Origin: a virus
Virus record (IMG/VR): IMGVR_UViG_3300015195_000006
Coordinates: 1 to 64,000 of that record
Reading direction: 5' to 3' (one strand)
Length of the DNA: 64,000 bases
The position numbers and the translations under genes are program-made. The notes under the pieces were generated by a model. It had not been told where the DNA came from and searched no databases. It saw only the letters and a list, made by a program, of their open reading frames with translations. Shown here one piece after another: positions 50,954-58,807 of this stretch (position 1 is the first letter of the stretch; each line of letters starts with the position of its first letter).

Positions 50954-51603
50954 AAGGTTTCACGACCAGTCGTGGAATTGAAGTTACGTTCCACGGAATC
51001 GCAACAATGCTTGATTCGTTGCGAGCGGCATATCCAGAACCCGAAGCACCAACCTATGAAGTCGAGTTACCGGGGACTTTGGATCCACAAACCGAAAAGC
51101 CACGCACTGAAACGCATTACCACGATGATACCACTGTAGCGACTCCCGAAGAAAAGGAAGCCATGCGGTTGTATCACGAAGCAGTTCAGGAAAACACCGC
51201 CCAATACGAAGCCGCGATAGAACGCTTAACCTACCTGCGCGGCATCAAATTCCCTCGCCCTACAAACGAAGACTGGATTGCTCTCCAGCACGAAATCTCT
51301 CCAAAGATCATGGTTCCCGACGACCCAGCCGAACGCCTCGTCTACTACGTCAAGACCGAAGTGATTGGTTCGCTTGACGATGCCCAGAAAATAATGACCG
51401 GTGTCATGGAAGCCAGTGGGGTTTCGGAAAAGGCGGTGACTGCTATGCAGGATGCCTTTCGGCGTCCGATGGAAGAGCCCAACGGGAACGGCGCTCATGG
51501 ATCTCCCAATCCCCTCGGGACCGATGGGTTGGTACACCTCTCAACGGTTCGAGCAGGTCAAGATAGCCCTCCTGAAACTGCAAATTCCGGTAAGCCAGTT
51601 TGA
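50950..51603 (+). CDS. tail assembly chaperone candidate
   Basis: Position immediately upstream of the tape measure. The C-terminal ~45 residues are low-complexity, while an overlapping frame looks protein-like. Confidence 0.45.
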   Translation: MKGFTTSRGIEVTFHGIATMLDSLRAAYPEPEAPTYEVELPGTLDPQTEKPRTETHYHDDTTVATPEEKEAMRLYHEAVQENTAQYEAAIERLTYLRGIKFPRPTNEDWIALQHEISPKIMVPDDPAERLVYYVKTEVIGSLDDAQKIMTGVMEASGVSEKAVTAMQDAFRRPMEEPNGNGAHGSPNPLGTDGLVHLSTVRAGQDSPPETANSGKPV

Positions 51604-51718
51604 TGCGTGGGACGAAGACGACAAGTACTATGCGATTGCTTTATTCAGAACACTCGACCGAATGACCGCATGGGAGTCCAAGATTCAACAGGACGAAGCA
51701 CGTAAACCAGTGAAATAA
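51452..51718 (+). CDS. overlapping +1-frame ORF (possible frameshift extension of the chaperone)
   Basis: Open in the +1 frame relative to 50950..51603. Ends in a TAATG overlap with the tape-measure start. Confidence 0.35.
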   Translation: MPFGVRWKSPTGTALMDLPIPSGPMGWYTSQRFEQVKIALLKLQIPVSQFDAWDEDDKYYAIALFRTLDRMTAWESKIQQDEARKPVK

Positions 51719-54339
51719 TGGTAGACAAACCCAATCAGACCGGGCTTGAAGCGATTTTTGAGACAAAAGCATTCCAGGCCGGTCTCAAAATTTACAACGA
51801 AGGTTTAGCCCTTGCCGAAGCAGGTGCTAAAAAGGCAGCGAGCGCAATCTCGTCTGCGTTTTCTGGGTTGGGCGAAAAGGTCGGCGGAACCCTCAGTTCT
51901 CTTAAACAATCCCTCGGAAATATAATTGGCGGATTAGGGAACACTTTAGGACTGGGTGGACTATTCGGAATTGCTGGCGGCATCGGTAGTATTATCGGGC
52001 TGGATGCCGCCGTTAGTACCTTAACCAAGTATCACGAATCTATAAATCAAGTAAACTCCGCGATGCACGAGGGCATACAAGTCGCGGCAGATTACGTCTT
52101 TGGCGCAAAATCGATCGGACTAGGCATCGGCACAATGACCAGTGCCTTTCAATCCTTTACCGATACAATACGACAGGCAAATTATGCCCAGGAAGACCTA
52201 ATTCACAACGCGGCAATCACCTTCCGCGACAATTCACGCGCGCTAATGCTCAATGCACGTGACCTTGCGGAAGGACTAGCAAATCTCGACCGTGAAATCG
52301 CTCGGTCGGCTGAGGACCGGGCAAGAACCCTGCAACGCGCCAACGACGATTACGCGCTCTCCGTTTACCGAACCAATCGTGATAATCTTGAATCTCTACG
52401 CGGGGTGCACGGACGCGAACGGCGCCTGATGATCATGCACCAAAAGGAAGCGCGAGAAGACCAGGAGAAAGCGCGCGCGCGTGAGGCTGAAGATCGAGCG
52501 ATTGCTGATAAACGGCGTATCGAGGACAACGCGAGAACGGAAATGCTCTTGCGCCGCAGTTCGGCAGAATCATTGATGTTACTGAAACAAGGGATGGCGG
52601 AAGTGGCGCGTTCGTTAAGGGTTTCGGCGGAGCGCAACCCGCTACTTGTCTTCCTAGAAAAATCAGGTCTCAGCATGAAATATCTCTCCGATATTTCGGT
52701 GCCACTGTCTGACCGAATTAAACTAGTCGGGGATGCGCTCAACAAGATGCCGGAAGGCGCGGAAAAGTCCAACGCCATCTTTGCGCTCTTCGGAACGCGC
52801 GACCAGAAATTCCTCGATTTTCTTGAAGCCGGTCCTACTCAGATTGACAGCATTACCAAGCAACTGAAGGGACTTGGGATTGTCTTCGACAAAAAGATGA
52901 TTGACGAATACACCCGCACGATGGCTGGGCTGGGGATTCAATTTGACATCTTGGGAATCGTCATTGCAAAGAACGTGATACCGGTTATCGTTCCTCTGGT
53001 GAAGATGTTCACACAGTTTATCGCAAATAACATGCCTCTCATCAAGAATTTTATCGATGGAGTAGGGGACTTTACAAAGAAAATTGCCGAGGGGTTTAAG
53101 AGTAATGGGTTACAGGGTGCGTTCGACGCGATGCAATTATGGATTACCGGGCATAAGGCTGACATTGAGCGAACAATGAAGACACTCGGTGATGCGCTGG
53201 GCGAGGGATTGAGGATTGTCATCGAAAACGCCAAGTGGGTCGGAGCACGTACTTCGGAATTGGTTGCGAAAATCAAGACGTGGTCTGAAACTCCAGAAGG
53301 CAAAGCGCAGATCAAAACCTCGATGGACAGCATCGGGAATACGCTGAGTTGGGCATTAGATGAGTTCATCAAGGGAACAAAGTGGATAGACACTATCATG
53401 GGGGACCTAGTAAAGGCAATTAGGAAGTGGGCAACTGAAGGAGAAGGCAAGAAGCAATTGAACGACACCGGTAAAGCGATCCAAGACTCTATCCTACAGG
53501 GACTTGGATTCACAGATAGCAAGGGAAATATTGACTGGAACAAAATCCTATTCGGGTCAGCGCACTTTGATCCGTCCCTTATCGGCGGCGGACTCTTTGA
53601 TTGGAAAAACTTCTTCAAGTCGAAGGGAAATGAAGTTGACTCAACCATCGTTGGAATGCTCATCAACGGAATCAAGAACGGATTCAAGGACGTGGATTTC
53701 TCGCAAGCGGCGGACGATCTATTGAACAATCTCAAAAAGGCATTCGGAATTCAGTCACCCAGTAAACTCTCAAGAGACCAGGTAGGAATGCCGCTCAGCC
53801 AGGGAATCATCACTGGAATTTCTGCGTGGATTGAGCAAGACGAGGGGAAAAAGCAGATCTCGGATATGATTCAAGAGTTGCTGGCGGCGCTCTTAGACCG
53901 CATCGGTAGTCTCATGGGGACTTTTCAATGGGGCGCGGAAATCCTCAGCGGGATTGCCAAGTCATTCGTCAGCGAACTGGATTCCTGGACGGCTTCAATG
54001 GCGAGTTATTTCGAATACTCTCTTTTTACCGCAATCGCGAAATTGGACTGGCAAAGTCTAGGCGTTTACATTATGCAGGGCATTGGCGCTGGCATGATGA
54101 GCCAACTATCTCTTCTACAGGGAATCGTTGGCGCAATCTCGCAGCCAGGTGGGGGATACGCTTTGGGCGGGTCAGTTCAGATGCTTGCTCCGGCTACTGT
54201 AGGGGTTAGCGGTGGTAACACCTATCAATTCAATCACAATTGGACTGGCGCGCCCGCAAATCTGGATAGAGCGACAATCGAGCAGGTCGTGCAAGACGCA
54301 ACCTATGCCGCGATGCGGAAAGTTATTCCAGGTGTTTGA
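51718..54339 (+). CDS. tape measure protein
   Basis: 873 aa. Gly-rich N-terminal hydrophobic segment, long helical repeats, canonical position. Confidence 0.85.
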   Translation: MVDKPNQTGLEAIFETKAFQAGLKIYNEGLALAEAGAKKAASAISSAFSGLGEKVGGTLSSLKQSLGNIIGGLGNTLGLGGLFGIAGGIGSIIGLDAAVSTLTKYHESINQVNSAMHEGIQVAADYVFGAKSIGLGIGTMTSAFQSFTDTIRQANYAQEDLIHNAAITFRDNSRALMLNARDLAEGLANLDREIARSAEDRARTLQRANDDYALSVYRTNRDNLESLRGVHGRERRLMIMHQKEAREDQEKARAREAEDRAIADKRRIEDNARTEMLLRRSSAESLMLLKQGMAEVARSLRVSAERNPLLVFLEKSGLSMKYLSDISVPLSDRIKLVGDALNKMPEGAEKSNAIFALFGTRDQKFLDFLEAGPTQIDSITKQLKGLGIVFDKKMIDEYTRTMAGLGIQFDILGIVIAKNVIPVIVPLVKMFTQFIANNMPLIKNFIDGVGDFTKKIAEGFKSNGLQGAFDAMQLWITGHKADIERTMKTLGDALGEGLRIVIENAKWVGARTSELVAKIKTWSETPEGKAQIKTSMDSIGNTLSWALDEFIKGTKWIDTIMGDLVKAIRKWATEGEGKKQLNDTGKAIQDSILQGLGFTDSKGNIDWNKILFGSAHFDPSLIGGGLFDWKNFFKSKGNEVDSTIVGMLINGIKNGFKDVDFSQAADDLLNNLKKAFGIQSPSKLSRDQVGMPLSQGIITGISAWIEQDEGKKQISDMIQELLAALLDRIGSLMGTFQWGAEILSGIAKSFVSELDSWTASMASYFEYSLFTAIAKLDWQSLGVYIMQGIGAGMMSQLSLLQGIVGAISQPGGGYALGGSVQMLAPATVGVSGGNTYQFNHNWTGAPANLDRATIEQVVQDATYAAMRKVIPGV

Positions 54340-54716
54340 TGGAACGACATAAACTAGGGACTTCACTCGGAACGCTAAAGCCAATCTGCGAACTCATTCG
54401 GGTTGGCAAGGACCCCGTTTCCACACCGGTTATTTTCCAAACAGTTGGAACGGATCTAAACGGCATTCCAATCGAGGCTGGCTTTGGCTCTGCCGTTTGG
54501 ACGTGGGACACCCTTCCGCAGGAGGACTATGACTTTCTCCTAGAATTACAGGGTGATGTTCCGGGCGTGGCGATGGAGGTCTATACCTCGAAACGAAGCG
54601 GCGCAAGTGGGATTGATTTCGACAACTTTGCCTGCATTATGGGAAGACCAGTAATGGAGAGTCGCGAAGGACTCATCTGCCGAAACGTCAAGATTGAATT
54701 TACGAGGATGATCTAG
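54339..54716 (+). CDS. minor tail protein (125 aa)
   Basis: ATG 54339 overlaps the tape-measure stop. Called by position only. Confidence 0.45.
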   Translation: MERHKLGTSLGTLKPICELIRVGKDPVSTPVIFQTVGTDLNGIPIEAGFGSAVWTWDTLPQEDYDFLLELQGDVPGVAMEVYTSKRSGASGIDFDNFACIMGRPVMESREGLICRNVKIEFTRMI

Positions 54717-57700
54717 TGCCGGTAGTCCCTGCGCCCAATCTCGCCCTTTTACGCACCAAGCAACACGTCACGGACTTGTCGCTGAATGTTTACGTTCCTC
54801 CCACGATTTGGAGTGCGCAGGTAAACGGTGCTCAAGCAAACGGCTCTACCTCGATCGCGGTGGATAATGTCGTCAATGTTCGGACTCCTGCCAAAAACAT
54901 GCAAGTCTTCTTTGGTACAACTCCCGGTGCTTCGGACCTTGGCGAGGCGCGCTGGCGGTCTTATGCAGCACCAACTCTCAACGTTAGCATCCACAATTCC
55001 GATCTGGGCGACGATGTTTACATCACGGTCAAAGAGGTCATTCAGCCCCAGTCCATTCACGTTGGGATAGTTTATGGAGTTGGATTTGGGCTCGATCATC
55101 TCTTTGAAGACAATGACATTCCGTACACGGACGACAATACTAACTATCCTCCGTTAGCTCGGTGCGGAACGCATTGCGTCATTTATCTCGACCCCAACAC
55201 TTTACTGGCAACGGGAAAATTCTATTCACGTTCAACCGGGATTGCTGGCGCAACAATTTCAAGTGTCCTCTGGTCATGGCGCGGCGGAACAGTTACCGCC
55301 GGCTCTACGGTTACCGCTGGGACTTCAGGGGCACCGAATCAGGTCACTTGGAACGCGCCAGGAGATTATTACTGCTCCCTTACTGTGACGGACAATCACG
55401 GCAAGACGCACACCCGCTTTTTCGTCGTGATGGTGCGAAATCCCAACTCATTTCTCGATACTATTTCCTACCGCAAATTAGAGATCAGCACGCTTGAAGG
55501 TGATGAAGCCGGTGTCTGGTCTGGAACGATTACTGTTCGTTCCATCGCCGCCATCTCTGAGTTTCCAAAAAATGCGTTGTGTGTTCTTTCAGCGGTTGAT
55601 CGCTACGGTGCGACCCAGCAGTCTATTGGAAACGAACTCTATCGCGAGAACATCGTGATGGTCGGGTACATCAAAAGCGGCTCGGTAAAACAGGACTGGA
55701 TCAAAGGAACAGTTACCTTCTCGCTTTGGAATATCGCGGGTGTACTTTCAACCTTGGGGGAACTAGCGGGAGATTTGGAAACTCCCAACCCACCAAATGC
55801 AGTAGATCCGTGGCATCTCTTGAACGGAATGACCTACAACCTAGCCGTACACCATCTCTTGGTTTGGCACTCGACGGTTTCCCAACTTGCAGATGTCTAT
55901 CTCAATCTGACAAATTTCACCGCGGAGTTTGTCACACTTCCCGAAGGCGCGATGAGCGAGCAACTGACACCGATTTGCAATTCAGTTTCAGGTCGCTGGG
56001 GCGGGACTGCGCTGGGTCATTTGTATTTCGAGCCACATCCGCAACTTCAGCCAGTCTCAACTCGCTCAACGTCCTATATCCTAGCTCAGAATCTCACAGA
56101 CCTTCGAGATGAGGTAGATTTCGGAGATGAACCGCAGAATAAGATCGTTTCAAGGATTGACTTTTGGGGTGAAGATGCAGCGGGAACTCCGTTCGGCTCT
56201 TGGGCACCACCAACTCCTTGGTCATCTGGCTCTCCGCTAACACTCAACGGAATCAGAATTGTTGACCAAGCCAACTGCAACGTCTTGGCGGGACTTTACG
56301 AGGCATACAAGAATCTTGGCTTCAAACAAGTCATTCTTCCGTGGAGAGGAAACTATCGAATCTTCGATGTCTTTCCAGCAGAACCTATTTCAGTTACCGC
56401 TCCGCCAAATAAAAGAAACATTGCTTGGGCTGGGATGAGGTTTTGGATCAATCATGTCACATACGATTTTTCGAAGATCGGAAGCGGAGTTTTGCTGGTT
56501 TCAACGACCGTGGAGATGGACATCAAGGGAAGCCTAGCCATCGGACAGCCTGAACCACCGCCGGGGACTGTGCCACCTTATCCGACGGTCATTCCGCCGC
56601 CGGGGACTTTGCCTCCGGTTATATGGCCGGGTCCAACTCCATTCCCTCCACCGCCGCCGAATCCGCCGCCGAACCCCACTACAGTTCCAGGACGCGGGAA
56701 TTTGCTCTATGTCTCAACGCACAAAGGGCTTGCGTGTTGCAAGGGCGCATACGGAACCACCGGGCTTAACGGTGCGCCAATTTGGACGAATCTAAGTGCG
56801 CAACAAATCACGGCAACCGTTGGAACGATCACGCAAGCTGGATTTACAATCACGGGAAGCGGCACTCAATTCCTGTCTCAAGTTGCAGTTGGAGATCGAA
56901 TTATCGCGGTTGGAATTGACGCCACAGTAACCGTCATCGGCGGAGACACTAGTCTCACGGTTGATGTTTCTGCAACAGTTGGAGTTGGGGCAACGTTTAC
57001 GCTCTACCACCCCAATCCGGTCTTGGCGGCAAATGTATTGTCCTTGGTTATCCGCAAATTCGTTGTAGATCCATTCAGTTTGTCAGGAGATCACTTTACC
57101 GCTGCTTGGGCGATGACCGACGGTGGGCTGTATCGCATCACAGGTCTTCCCAATACACCTGTTTGGACGCTACAATTAAATTTGGCGACTGCGTATGCTC
57201 TTGCAGGTAGTCCTGGAATCGCAGGAACTCAGCAACTTACATACAGTTTATCCGCAAACGCAATGATACCAGGTTTTATAGCAACCCAACTTTGTGTGAG
57301 CAATGATTATTTTTCACCGCGTCCATTCGTTTATGGGGCAGATGTTTGGACTATTTATTCGCTTGATTATGGGGCAACGTGGCACTGCGATTCCGCAAAG
57401 TATTTACATTTTGGCGGCGTAATCGGTTCTGGGAACGTTAGCCCTTGGCTCTACATCGCGCCATCAACCCATCTCGGAGGTGTCTATTATGTCGGAGGTA
57501 ATGCGCCATCTGGCGATCAAGCAAGCGGCTATTATGCCGCTCCATATCCGAGCATCGCGCGAGTTCCAGGCAATCGCGGAGGTGCGTTTCCTGATTTTTC
57601 GGCGGGCATGTCCATAGATGTTACCCCAGTATTCGACATCTATAGATATTTTCTAATACCCTACAGCGACAAATCTGGTGTCATTTATGCTAACGACAAT

Positions 57701-58807
57701 CGGATCTATGTTTTTAATGGCACGCCCCACTCTCCAGGTGTTGCTGAAATTAGGCGGTTTGACCAAGCATTCAATCCAATCTACTCGAACGGCTACACTC
57801 CCCCAACCGGAATAAATATTGGTGATGCGGGGATGGGGAATATAAATCACCTCCTAACCAATATGTTCAATGAGGACTATGGAGTCGGTATTGCGCAACT
57901 TCAGATCTGGTTCACCAAAGACCTAACGGCAAGTCCTCCAACCTGGAACGGCTGGACGCCTCCTGCCGTTGGCGCACGCGCCTTAAACCCGATTAATCTA
58001 TTCTGCGTACCGATTGACAAAAATCTAGTTTATTTTACCGGTGCTCCGGTCGGCGGTGGATTTGGTCTGCCGTGTTTCACAACTGATTTCGGAGTCGCGG
58101 TTTTCAATGACATATCGAAGCAGGGTCTTCCAGATTCCTTCGACCAAGTAATGGGTTTGTCCTCTACATCGCAGATGGACGACTCGGAAATCTTCATTGA
58201 CTTTAACTACACCGATGGAAGTCCAGTCGTCCCACCGAATCCCCTCGGAAGTCAGGGAATAGATATTTCGCATTATCAAGGTGCAATGGACTGGGCAAAA
58301 GCAAAAGCAAACGGAGTGACCTTTGCCTTCATCAAAGCAAGCGAAGGAACCGGCGTTACGGACGCTCAGTTCGCGGCAAATTGGGCTGGTGCAAAAGCGC
58401 AGGGGATTTCCCGCGGAGCGTATCACTACTTCATCAACAATCTGAATCCTACGACCCAGGCGAATCATTTTCTCTCAGTCTTGGGGTCTGATCACGGTGA
58501 ATTGAAGATGGCATTGGATTGCGAGGACACCGGCTCTGCGGTTTCTGCGGCAAATATCCAAACATTCCTTACAGTAGTAGAAGCGGCACTCGGGTACAAG
58601 CCGATTATCTACACCGGTTCTTGGTGGTGGAATAATACTAGGTTTGGTGGAGCGCAGGCGTGGGCGAAGAATCATGAACTTTGGCTAGCAGGCTCTTCCA
58701 TCCCTACCGACTGGTCGGATTGGAAGTATAATCAGTACAGCACTCACGGAGTCGGGGCTAATTACGGCGCAACTCCCGGTGATATTGATCTCGATAAAAC
58801 GAAATGA
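54716..58807 (+). CDS. 1363-aa tail tip protein with PKD domain, Pro-rich linker and C-terminal GH25 muramidase
   Basis: PKD: VTWNAPGDYYCSLTVTDNHGKTHT (about 55330-55440). Pro-rich linker at about 56550-56690. GH25: GIDISHYQGAMDWAKAKANGVTFAFIKASEGTGVTDAQF...GAYHYF...LDCE...IYTG (about 58250-58800). Confidence 0.8.
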   Translation: MPVVPAPNLALLRTKQHVTDLSLNVYVPPTIWSAQVNGAQANGSTSIAVDNVVNVRTPAKNMQVFFGTTPGASDLGEARWRSYAAPTLNVSIHNSDLGDDVYITVKEVIQPQSIHVGIVYGVGFGLDHLFEDNDIPYTDDNTNYPPLARCGTHCVIYLDPNTLLATGKFYSRSTGIAGATISSVLWSWRGGTVTAGSTVTAGTSGAPNQVTWNAPGDYYCSLTVTDNHGKTHTRFFVVMVRNPNSFLDTISYRKLEISTLEGDEAGVWSGTITVRSIAAISEFPKNALCVLSAVDRYGATQQSIGNELYRENIVMVGYIKSGSVKQDWIKGTVTFSLWNIAGVLSTLGELAGDLETPNPPNAVDPWHLLNGMTYNLAVHHLLVWHSTVSQLADVYLNLTNFTAEFVTLPEGAMSEQLTPICNSVSGRWGGTALGHLYFEPHPQLQPVSTRSTSYILAQNLTDLRDEVDFGDEPQNKIVSRIDFWGEDAAGTPFGSWAPPTPWSSGSPLTLNGIRIVDQANCNVLAGLYEAYKNLGFKQVILPWRGNYRIFDVFPAEPISVTAPPNKRNIAWAGMRFWINHVTYDFSKIGSGVLLVSTTVEMDIKGSLAIGQPEPPPGTVPPYPTVIPPPGTLPPVIWPGPTPFPPPPPNPPPNPTTVPGRGNLLYVSTHKGLACCKGAYGTTGLNGAPIWTNLSAQQITATVGTITQAGFTITGSGTQFLSQVAVGDRIIAVGIDATVTVIGGDTSLTVDVSATVGVGATFTLYHPNPVLAANVLSLVIRKFVVDPFSLSGDHFTAAWAMTDGGLYRITGLPNTPVWTLQLNLATAYALAGSPGIAGTQQLTYSLSANAMIPGFIATQLCVSNDYFSPRPFVYGADVWTIYSLDYGATWHCDSAKYLHFGGVIGSGNVSPWLYIAPSTHLGGVYYVGGNAPSGDQASGYYAAPYPSIARVPGNRGGAFPDFSAGMSIDVTPVFDIYRYFLIPYSDKSGVIYANDNRIYVFNGTPHSPGVAEIRRFDQAFNPIYSNGYTPPTGINIGDAGMGNINHLLTNMFNEDYGVGIAQLQIWFTKDLTASPPTWNGWTPPAVGARALNPINLFCVPIDKNLVYFTGAPVGGGFGLPCFTTDFGVAVFNDISKQGLPDSFDQVMGLSSTSQMDDSEIFIDFNYTDGSPVVPPNPLGSQGIDISHYQGAMDWAKAKANGVTFAFIKASEGTGVTDAQFAANWAGAKAQGISRGAYHYFINNLNPTTQANHFLSVLGSDHGELKMALDCEDTGSAVSAANIQTFLTVVEAALGYKPIIYTGSWWWNNTRFGGAQAWAKNHELWLAGSSIPTDWSDWKYNQYSTHGVGANYGATPGDIDLDKTK

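Noticed and set aside
52938-53735. 265-aa minus-strand ORF inside the tape measure gene
   Set aside because: It is fully antisense to a well-supported long CDS. Its composition is Ser/Pro/Phe-rich and low-complexity, and it has no ribosome-binding site or promoter.
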